Assembly (NCBI GenBank): GCA_018970325.1
Contig: JAGWWP010000001.1
Location: 7,889 to 71,888 of the forward strand
DNA: 64,000 nucleotides
DNA from: Cyanobacteria bacterium REEB446
GTDB taxonomy: Bacteria; Cyanobacteriota; Vampirovibrionia; LMEP-6097
Direction: 5' to 3'
Under the pieces are notes generated by a model. The model saw only the letters and a program-made list of their open reading frames with translations. It did not search any database and was not told the origin of the DNA. The position numbers and the translations under genes are program-made. Of the stretch, positions 9,964 to 19,341 are shown one piece after another (position 1 is the stretch's first letter; each line of letters starts with the position of its first letter).

Positions 9964-11448
9964 TTAGATTCCTGAGCTTTTTTCAAGAGGATACTTTAAT
10001 TCTAGGTTAAACTCTAATGTCTTGAGTGTTTGAGATGATTTGTTTCCTAGGCTTACATTAGAGTGTTTATTTAAAAATTCATTCATGAGATTTTTTTTAA
10101 TTCTTGATCTAGACTGATTTGCTTTGATGATTAAATCTTTTATATTAACTAGTTTGTGAGAATAGTCTTTTGTAACACTCTCTAGTTGAATAGTATTCTG
10201 GCCTAACTTAAAGGATTTATATAAGTCTTTTAACTCAGGAATTGCTGTTAGGGGAATTTTTATTTTAAAATCAGAGTTCTCTAGATTTCGATCTTTTGTG
10301 CTAGTGCTGATTTTTAATAAACCACCATTTTCCTGCATTAAACTATTTAGAGTCTGAAGGAAGGTTCCATTGGTCTCAGTGGGATCTTTTTTTGTTGAGG
10401 TTTTCTTACCAGTCTTTAAGTCTTTTAGAATGTTCTTTTTTGTAAATCCTATGGGATCTGCTAGGGGATTACTTAATTTAATATGAAGGTAAGGTTTTTT
10501 CTTGTTTGTATCTGTTTTTTTAACGATATTTATTTCAAGGTTTAATTGAGAATCTGTCGGACTATTGTCTATAGCATTAATAATAATGTTTCTAAGAATA
10601 GAGTTTAATAATATGGGATCAAACTTTATTGGAAAAACTTCTTCAGTAAACGTTTGATCAAAAGGATTTCTTGTTTCATCTGTCAATTGAGTAATGGCTT
10701 GATTATTTAGCGTGAGCCTTGTGGTTACAGATGGTGTTAATTGCCAACGATCTAATCCAACTTGATCGAAAAGCTTACCAAGATTTTTGAGAAAATCTTT
10801 ACGAGAGATTTCTTGACCAATCCCTATATTATTTTTGTTAATCTTTTCAACTCTCTCAAAAAAAGAAGAAATCAGTTTTTTTTGTTCTAAGAGAATTGCT
10901 TGGATGCCTTTTAACTCTGAAGTACCTTTCCAAATATTTTCACAAGCTTGGCGTTTGTTCTTAATTTTAGGGTTTACGAAGATGGTTGCAATTCTGCCAA
11001 AATTAGCAGATAAGTTTAAATCATGAGCTGTTAATCTTAATAAACCAGCAATTAAAGGGTTAGTAATTTCCTTGCTAGCATCTAGCAATTTTTCTTTAAA
11101 GAATCTTTCTAGTGGTACGGCTCCTTTGAGAAGCTCTTTAATTGATTCCGACTTTACTTTCTTCTCATTAATATAATGACTTATATTTTGAACCAATAAA
11201 TCAAGATAGTCGAAAGTAGGTTTTAATTGCTCAGCAAGCTTATCTAGAATTTCAGTGTTGGTTTTTCTATGGTTAGTAGGCTCCTGTATTGTTGTTAAGT
11301 TACTTGGGCTTGATAATGCTTTTATTTGTTTTAGTATTTCTGCACCCTTGCTAGCACTATTTTTAAGGGACTCCGTTTTTGAGGTCTCCTGATGATATTG
11401 ATTATTTTGCCGAGCAATGCAGTTTTGTAGTGTTATTGAATTATTCAA
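9964..11448 (-). CDS. hypothetical protein with C-terminal GHKL/HATPase_c-like ATPase motifs (histidine-kinase-like), no obvious HisKA domain
   Basis: N-box-like LNSILRNIIINAIDNS and G-rich downstream segment NGGLLKISTSTKD. Confidence 0.35.
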   Translation of the reverse strand: MNNSITLQNCIARQNNQYHQETSKTESLKNSASKGAEILKQIKALSSPSNLTTIQEPTNHRKTNTEILDKLAEQLKPTFDYLDLLVQNISHYINEKKVKSESIKELLKGAVPLERFFKEKLLDASKEITNPLIAGLLRLTAHDLNLSANFGRIATIFVNPKIKNKRQACENIWKGTSELKGIQAILLEQKKLISSFFERVEKINKNNIGIGQEISRKDFLKNLGKLFDQVGLDRWQLTPSVTTRLTLNNQAITQLTDETRNPFDQTFTEEVFPIKFDPILLNSILRNIIINAIDNSPTDSQLNLEINIVKKTDTNKKKPYLHIKLSNPLADPIGFTKKNILKDLKTGKKTSTKKDPTETNGTFLQTLNSLMQENGGLLKISTSTKDRNLENSDFKIKIPLTAIPELKDLYKSFKLGQNTIQLESVTKDYSHKLVNIKDLIIKANQSRSRIKKNLMNEFLNKHSNVSLGNKSSQTLKTLEFNLELKYPLEKSSGI

Positions 11449-11562
11449 GAAGCCTCTCTATTAATCAGACCATTTAAGATAATAGCCTAAATGTGTTAGC
11501 TTAATATAATTTAATTATTGAATTTTGCTAAAATTAGTATTTCGGATTTCTGAGAATTAAAT

Positions 11563-12576
11563 TTGCTTACGGTAAGTCCTAGTACTGAAAGTCTTACGAC
11601 TAATCGGGCTTTGAATTCAAAGCCTGATTCAGAGGCGTCCTTACAAAAAGAAACTTCAAGACAGGCTTTAGATAAGATGTCAAGAGAATCTTTAGAAAAT
11701 CTTCATGGGAAAGATTCTGAAAAACCAAATTTGATACACAATTTTTTAAATAATCCTGTGCTAAATATTGCTTTAGGTTTAGCTTCGGTACTGTCAGCTG
11801 GAACGGATTTCATACATATTCCTAAGCCATTGAAGCAAATTGTAGATAAGTATTCGATAGTTTCAATTAAGGGAGCGATGATCGCTAGATACCTAGAAAC
11901 CGCAGTGGAAGCATTTAATCAAAATAGAGTAGTTGAAAGTGTCGGTCGCTTAATGGGTGTAGCAGCTTTACCATTAGTAAAATTAAATGATCTTACTTTG
12001 GCTTCTGGATTAGGTGAATTTATTCCACAGCTAGATCTTGCTCTAGAAGGTAAAGTTCAGCAAAAAAAATCTTTAAGATTCCCTAATCAGGCTGAGACTA
12101 AGTTTGAAAATTTAAAAATATGGTTTTCTTCTTTAGGAGAAGCTTATAAGGAAATATTTTCTGGAGGCTTAGGTGAAAATAGAAAGCTTTTTCCTATTGA
12201 TAAAGATGAGGGGCACACTTTAGTCATGGCAGGTACTTTAACTTTTCTTGGAGCTGCACTTGGTATGCTTTTTGGAACTAAATCTAGAGATTTAGCAAAT
12301 AAAGTATTTGGTTCAATAAGAAGTCTAGGAGGCTTAGTCGCTGATTATACTTTACTCACTCATCCTGATTCTAATATGAGAAAGACTGGAGTAGTTACTA
12401 CGATAGGTAGTATGGTAGATGGTATTCAGAGATTCTTGCCAGAGAATACTTTAAACACTATTAATCATTTAAATCTTTTAAATACTATGCTGGCGAATCA
12501 GTTTTTAACAGACAGGACTCATAATAAATCTGAGAATGATATTAAAGTCTATGGCGGCGATGCGAGCCTTTGCTAA
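11563..12576 (+). CDS. hypothetical protein (337 aa), contains hydrophobic segments
   Basis: ORF only. Confidence 0.35.
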   Translation: MLTVSPSTESLTTNRALNSKPDSEASLQKETSRQALDKMSRESLENLHGKDSEKPNLIHNFLNNPVLNIALGLASVLSAGTDFIHIPKPLKQIVDKYSIVSIKGAMIARYLETAVEAFNQNRVVESVGRLMGVAALPLVKLNDLTLASGLGEFIPQLDLALEGKVQQKKSLRFPNQAETKFENLKIWFSSLGEAYKEIFSGGLGENRKLFPIDKDEGHTLVMAGTLTFLGAALGMLFGTKSRDLANKVFGSIRSLGGLVADYTLLTHPDSNMRKTGVVTTIGSMVDGIQRFLPENTLNTINHLNLLNTMLANQFLTDRTHNKSENDIKVYGGDASLC

Positions 12577-13969
12577 AAAAGCTATATATAATTCCATCTG
12601 TAATTAGATATGCAAAAAGAGAGACGAGGAAACCAGCTAACTGACAGGGAAACTGTACTTTAAATATCATAAAACCTAGCCAAATACTTAAACCAGAAAA
12701 TATGGCTACCTGAGCTGCTGTGCTATTAATTTTTTTCGCGAAAATCGCAAATAAAAAAGGTACGACTAAAGTAACAAGTGTTATGGTAGCGGCTTCAGTC
12801 GCTAAGTGATAAATATTACCGTTAATAAAAGCGACTATTAAACTGATGATAGTTATAGCGATAGCAGCTTGTTTTATAGAAATAGTTCTATCTATATCTC
12901 TGACTTTTTTTCTATGACCCATAAATATTAAAGCTGGTCTGACGAAATTTTCTGCAAAAACCGTTGCTGGAGCAAGGATACAGACACTTGCTGTACTCAT
13001 AATCGCAGAGAGTATGGCACCGAAGAATAAAAATTGAACTAAAACATTACCATTATGCATAACGATTTTAGGTAGAACCATCTGGCCATCAGTGAGTTCA
13101 GAGATAAGCTCGGGTTGGCTTACTTTTATACCAAGGATAATAAATGCTGGAATTAAGCTTATTGCGATATATAGAAAAGCACTGAAGATACCTGAATATT
13201 TAGCTACAGCTGCTGATTTACAGGCTTTCACTCTTTGGTATAAATCCTGCTGGGGTAAAGAGCCGATACCGACAGTAATTAAGGCACTAATGAATGTCGC
13301 TATAGACATAAAATCCATATCTGGCACTACATTAAAAAACTCTGGAGGGGTCTGCTGGATTATATTTCCGAGTCCACCTGCCGCAGAGATAATAGGAACA
13401 GCCACGGCTAATAATCCTACTATTATGATGATAGTTTGGCTCATGTCTAAAATAGAGATAGCGAGTAAGCCGCCCCACCAGACGTAAAGTAAAAATATAA
13501 TGGCACCAATTATCATGCCTATTTCTAAAGGTAGATTAACTAAGGTTTTAAGAATTACGGCGAAAGCTATATACTGAGCGGCTAGCCAGCCGACGTAACC
13601 CATGATTATACAGAAACTTGCGTAGAAACCGACTTTCGAGCCATATTTACTTTTAAAAAAACTAGCGAAGGAGAGATAAGGCATTTTATAAAAATGCTTA
13701 GAAAAAACCGCACCGATTAAAAATATACAGATAGATGCACCGAAGGGATCTTTAATAAGAGCCATAAAGCCCCTGTTCATAAACTCTGATGCTGAACCGA
13801 TGATCATTTCAGAGCCGAACCAAGTCGCAAAAAAAGCGAAGGATGAAATCCAGAATGGTAGTTTAGAACCTGCAAAGACGTAGTCTAAGGTGTTTTTATT
13901 TTTCTGGCTTATATAAAAACTAAAGCCGATATTAAACAATATATACAATGCGACCAGAGTGATTAACAT
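12542..13969 (-). CDS. sodium:solute symporter (SSS) family transporter
   Basis: ~13 TM helices; SSS signature-like YVWWGGLLAISILDMSQT. Confidence 0.7.
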   Translation of the reverse strand: MLITLVALYILFNIGFSFYISQKNKNTLDYVFAGSKLPFWISSFAFFATWFGSEMIIGSASEFMNRGFMALIKDPFGASICIFLIGAVFSKHFYKMPYLSFASFFKSKYGSKVGFYASFCIIMGYVGWLAAQYIAFAVILKTLVNLPLEIGMIIGAIIFLLYVWWGGLLAISILDMSQTIIIIVGLLAVAVPIISAAGGLGNIIQQTPPEFFNVVPDMDFMSIATFISALITVGIGSLPQQDLYQRVKACKSAAVAKYSGIFSAFLYIAISLIPAFIILGIKVSQPELISELTDGQMVLPKIVMHNGNVLVQFLFFGAILSAIMSTASVCILAPATVFAENFVRPALIFMGHRKKVRDIDRTISIKQAAIAITIISLIVAFINGNIYHLATEAATITLVTLVVPFLFAIFAKKINSTAAQVAIFSGLSIWLGFMIFKVQFPCQLAGFLVSLFAYLITDGIIYSFFSKGSHRRHRL

Positions 13970-14135
13970 GCTGAAATGATTATGTCATTATGCCGTCAAA
14001 AAAAAAAGTGTTTAGCCTTAGGTTATAAAACTAGAGTGTGATGAAAGATACTGAGTTAATTTTCAAGCTGTGCGTTAAGCTCAGTTTTTAAACAATTTCA
14101 CCACACTCTAAGATTTGATCGGAAAGAAAAATATT

Positions 14136-14924
14136 TTACGCTTTTATAGACCCGCAGTATTCATCTATAAACTTTCTTTCTGAAACGCTGATATCTTCTA
14201 GGCTTGCTATCCAACTTAGATATTCAAGGTGATTCTCGTTAATTTTTTTACCTTTAAATTTTCCTTGAGCGAAGCAGAAATTATCATCTTTTAGATTAAA
14301 CCATTTCCCTGGAATACCGATCTGGCCTATGGTCTGGTGTTCTAATTCTCTTAGATCACCTTCGAAGAACTGTGGAAACTGCTGTATCTGTGCTGCTAGT
14401 ATCTCTTGAAGCTTTACGGCTGAGAATTCCATATATTCATCATCTTTATAATCCTTTCCTAGAAAGAGTTTAGCGGCATTCTTTAGTGTGTAAGGAAAGG
14501 CTTTTTTAAAGATTAGGTAAGGATCTATAAATGTAAAGTTTTCTTCAAGAAGCTGATAGCCACAGGTTCTATAAAGCTCATTCTGTAATATCTGAAAAGT
14601 AAAAGAGAAATTATAGGCGACAAAAACATTATGCGCTTCTAGCTCCTTGATTACTTCCTCCGCGATATTTTCAAAAGGCATAGCATCTTTAAGATCAGAG
14701 TTTTTAATACCATGCACTCTAGTAGCGTATTCCTGTATCTCTTTATTTGGATTAATAAGAAAGCTCTTTTCCTGACCATTACTGCCAAGTAAACTGAGCT
14801 TACAGATTCTATCTTTCTGCGGCTCTATACCTGTACTAGCTAGGCTGATAAATATAGGTTTATCTTTATCGTTCCAGAGAGTTTTTTCTGTGATAGGGTT
14901 TAGTGTATTTAATTTTTTAGACAT
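14136..14924 (-). CDS. DnaQ-like DEDD 3'-5' exonuclease homolog with degenerate catalytic motifs plus C-terminal extension
   Basis: Exo I position reads ISLASTGIEPQKDRI (canonical FDTETTGL..DRI: D and E replaced). Exo II reads HNVFVAYNFSFTFQIL (canonical HNAxFDxxFL: D replaced by T). Confidence 0.55.
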   Translation of the reverse strand: MSKKLNTLNPITEKTLWNDKDKPIFISLASTGIEPQKDRICKLSLLGSNGQEKSFLINPNKEIQEYATRVHGIKNSDLKDAMPFENIAEEVIKELEAHNVFVAYNFSFTFQILQNELYRTCGYQLLEENFTFIDPYLIFKKAFPYTLKNAAKLFLGKDYKDDEYMEFSAVKLQEILAAQIQQFPQFFEGDLRELEHQTIGQIGIPGKWFNLKDDNFCFAQGKFKGKKINENHLEYLSWIASLEDISVSERKFIDEYCGSIKA

Positions 14925-15030
14925 GTGATTCTCCTTTATTAGGAAGATCTTATAAAAAAATTTTCACTTAAATTTTTAATAGAGGAGAAATACGCTAGTG
15001 TTTTTAACTCTTCATCCAGCCTAGCTGCTT

Positions 15031-15081
15031 AAGAAAAACGATCCCCTAGAACTCAGCCATTTTGAATAGGTTCTAGGGGAT
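15031..15081 (-). terminator. intrinsic terminator downstream of eno
   Basis: Perfect 10-bp inverted repeat cccctagaac (15043-15052) / gttctagggg (15070-15079); on the minus strand it is followed by a U-run (plus-strand aagaaaaacg). Confidence 0.6.
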
Positions 15082-15107
15082 AATTTTAAATATTTAAAGA
15101 GATTGGC

Positions 15108-16463
<1,356 letters not shown>

Positions 16464-16564
16464 TTATGGGTTAAGGCGGGAGTTTCTATTAATTTTTCTG
16501 AAAATTTCACCCCAATATTAAAATTTAGTACTAAATTTTTAAGTCAGGGTAAAATTTTAGTATT

Positions 16565-17683
16565 ATGAAACGCTACTTAGAGGAGCAAATTAAAAACGAC
16601 CTTAAAGAAAAGATGGTTTTACTTGCGGGTCCACGTCAATGTGGCAAGACTACGCTCGGCATGAGTATTATTAAAAAAGATAAAAAACGTTATCTAAATT
16701 GGGATATATCTGAAGATAAGGAATTGATTCTCAAAAAAGCTTTCCCTAGTGAATCTGGTTACTTAGTTTTAGATGAGATTCATAAATTTGCGCGCTGGCG
16801 TAACTTATTAAAGGGTCTCTATGATGAGAGAAAAAATGATTTAAAGATTTTAGTTACAGGTTCAGCCAAATTAGATCACTATCGTCGTGGAGGTGATTCT
16901 TTGCAAGGGCGTTATCACTTATTGAGACTGCACCCTCTGAGTATAAAAGAAATAGGTAAAAAGAAACAGGAGCTTTTAATTCAGCTTCTAGATTTAGGTC
17001 CTTTCCCTGAGCCATTTCTGTCTAATGATAAGACTTCAGCCAGGCGCTGGTCTAGAGAATATAGGACTAGGTTAATTAATGAAGAGATTACTAGTCTAGA
17101 AAAAGTCTCAGAGATATCTTTATTAGACCTTTTATCACTGCGTCTTATAGATTCAGTCGGGAGTACCCTCTCTATTAACTCTCTTAGAGAAGATTTAGAA
17201 GTTTCTCACCAGACGCTGAAACGCTGGATAGAAATATTTTCTAATCTATATCACGTCTATCGCCTCTATTCTTTTGGTTCCCCTAAAATTAAGGCTGTAA
17301 AAAAAGAATCTAAATTATATTTTTTTGACTGGAATCTCATTGAAAATCAGGCTGCTCGCTTTGAAAACCTAGTCGCTAACCACCTTTTAAAATGGTGTCA
17401 CTTTATTGAAGATACAGAAGGTTACGATATGGAGCTGAGAATGTACCGTGATTTAGAGCAGCGAGAAGTGGATTTCGTTATTTTAAAAAATCGTAAGCCG
17501 ATTGAATTTATAGAAGTGAAACTCTCCAGTCAGGGATTAGATTCTAACTTAATTTACCTTAAGAAAAAGTTTCCAGAAGTCGAGGCTACACAGATTTCAT
17601 TAGAAGAGTGTGATGACCTCACGATTGGTGAATATGGGATTCGCAGGTGTTCTGCTTTGGATTATCTGTGGGAGAAGGTTTGA
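16565..17683 (+). CDS. AAA+ superfamily ATPase, DUF4143/COG1373 type
   Basis: Walker A GPRQCGKTT, Walker B VLDEIHK, C-terminal DUF4143-like region. Confidence 0.75.
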   Translation: MKRYLEEQIKNDLKEKMVLLAGPRQCGKTTLGMSIIKKDKKRYLNWDISEDKELILKKAFPSESGYLVLDEIHKFARWRNLLKGLYDERKNDLKILVTGSAKLDHYRRGGDSLQGRYHLLRLHPLSIKEIGKKKQELLIQLLDLGPFPEPFLSNDKTSARRWSREYRTRLINEEITSLEKVSEISLLDLLSLRLIDSVGSTLSINSLREDLEVSHQTLKRWIEIFSNLYHVYRLYSFGSPKIKAVKKESKLYFFDWNLIENQAARFENLVANHLLKWCHFIEDTEGYDMELRMYRDLEQREVDFVILKNRKPIEFIEVKLSSQGLDSNLIYLKKKFPEVEATQISLEECDDLTIGEYGIRRCSALDYLWEKV

Positions 17684-18960
17684 TGAAAGAATTTAATTTG
17701 TTGCTTGGTGCAGGGTTTTCTAAAGCTTTAGCGAATATTTCGACTGGACAGGAGTTTTCAGGAGAAATTTTTAATGAATTTGATAAGTCGGATGATGAAC
17801 AAGAGAGGAGTTTAGTGAATTTTAATTATGGCTCTAATTTAATTTTAAAAAAGTCTGATGAGTTATTGCCTCCTAATGGAACCATTAGTGGGAGTTTCTT
17901 AATTAACCAAAAGTCAATTAGACCTTTTCAATATCTACCGAACAAAGATAGGATGATTTCTACTATATCTATGTTTAATATTACGGATAATGAAAAAGAA
18001 GAGCATAAAAATAAAATCCAGAATACCTTCAGAAATAATTTCAATTATGAGACGGCAGCTAAGCATTTAACTAATATTATTGAATCTGCTGAGATTTTCG
18101 GTATTAACTCTGAGAAAGTTGAAAGCCTCTCCAATATTCTAAAAAAAATAAAAGAAGAAGTTTTTAAAATAACTACTAAAGACCCTATTTCTTGGCGCTT
18201 AAAAAATGGTGAAAAACAGGCTCTAAATGATTTTACTTTCTTCCTGAATTACTTACTAGATCAGGGATATACTATAAATATTTTTGATTTAAATCATGAT
18301 CAGCTAATCAGGGAGATTATTAAACAAGGAAATCTAAGTGAGGGGTATCAGGACTTTTTTAATCGTAACGAAGTAATTGATGTTTATAAATCTGATTTAA
18401 AGGCTTACAAATTTGATAGCGGTCTTTCTAAAAGAAGAATTAATCACTATAAGCTGCACGGCGATTTTCAAATAATTAGGGATTACTATCAGGGCTGGGC
18501 TTTATTAGCAAAATTTTCAGCTACTAATAAATACACATGGTCGAGAGGAAATAATACCGATTGGTTGTCATTACTCACTGACAGCTTACTCTTTCAGGGT
18601 GAAGCAAAAGCTAATAGTATTTTTAGTAGTCTCTACCATAGTTTTGCTTTTACTGATTTCTTTAAAGCTGTTCAAAGCAATGAACCTTTGATGATAATTG
18701 GTTATGGTGGCGGAGATAGTCATATTAACTCTGTTTTAGATAATCGCTTAAAGAATCACCGTGGTTATAATTGTGTTAAACTCTCACGAAATGGAGATAA
18801 AGTATTATTCTCTTGTAATGAATTTACAGAAACTATTCTGAAACAAGTTTTTATAAATCTTCAAGGTGATTACAATCCTAATTTATTTTATTCAAGAGAA
18901 GGATTTGAACAGGGTTTTCTTCCAGTCTTTCGTACATGCCTTAAGCAATACTATGTTTAA
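17683..18960 (+). CDS. SIR2_2-like (SIR2 superfamily) domain protein
   Basis: LLLGAGFSKA (Rossmann GAGxS), DLNHDQLIRE (cf. TTNYDxLxE), HYKLHGDF (catalytic His block), IIGYGGGDSHIN (GYSxxD). Start ATG at 17683 overlaps the upstream stop (TGATG) with RBS ggagaagg. Confidence 0.6.
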   Translation: MKEFNLLLGAGFSKALANISTGQEFSGEIFNEFDKSDDEQERSLVNFNYGSNLILKKSDELLPPNGTISGSFLINQKSIRPFQYLPNKDRMISTISMFNITDNEKEEHKNKIQNTFRNNFNYETAAKHLTNIIESAEIFGINSEKVESLSNILKKIKEEVFKITTKDPISWRLKNGEKQALNDFTFFLNYLLDQGYTINIFDLNHDQLIREIIKQGNLSEGYQDFFNRNEVIDVYKSDLKAYKFDSGLSKRRINHYKLHGDFQIIRDYYQGWALLAKFSATNKYTWSRGNNTDWLSLLTDSLLFQGEAKANSIFSSLYHSFAFTDFFKAVQSNEPLMIIGYGGGDSHINSVLDNRLKNHRGYNCVKLSRNGDKVLFSCNEFTETILKQVFINLQGDYNPNLFYSREGFEQGFLPVFRTCLKQYYV

Positions 18961-19216
18961 TTTTCAAATATAGTGAATCCGCACAAAGATCAATCCCATT
19001 AAGCCATTGAAGTGAACGCTTATCAGAAGAAATTTTCACTTGTTTAAAATTTTCTATATTTTCTAAGGCTTGAAAAACACCTTTGCCAACTTTTTCAGAA
19101 AGATCTATCTCGCCAGTAACACCATCTTCAAAGCTTAATAGGAGCTTATATGCTTCAAGAGCTATGCAGGACTGGATTTTATGAAATGGTTTGCTCATAA
19201 CTAATGTATTGTACAT
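18941..19216 (-). CDS. DUF2442-family small protein
   Basis: C-terminal motif WLNGIDLCADSLY typical of DUF2442. Confidence 0.45.
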   Translation of the reverse strand: MYNTLVMSKPFHKIQSCIALEAYKLLLSFEDGVTGEIDLSEKVGKGVFQALENIENFKQVKISSDKRSLQWLNGIDLCADSLYLKIKHSIA

Positions 19217-19260
19217 AACGCTGCTTAAATTTATATTCTAATTCATATGAACCGCACTTC

Positions 19261-19320
19261 ATAAAATTTCATAAAAAATATTTTTATGAATTAGATTTCA
19301 TAGATTTTATGAAAGCCTTG
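19261..19320. promoter_or_regulatory. cluster of inverted repeats (TTCATAAAA / TTTTATGAA) upstream of DUF2442 gene
   Basis: cataaaatttcataaaaaatatttttatgaattagatttcatagattttatgaaag contains a near-perfect 23-bp palindrome plus flanking half-sites. Confidence 0.3.
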
Positions 19321-19341
19321 TAAATTAATTAGAGGGCTTAA

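Noticed and set aside
13092-13487. Antisense ORFs of 60-165 aa embedded within large genes (e.g. 13092-13487, 23035-23238, 24673-25167, 52606-52884, 59598-59819)
   Set aside because: They are fully nested opposite well-supported long CDSs (transporter, RND pump, ZorA, NuoC), have low-complexity composition and no motifs. They are typical AT-rich antisense artefacts
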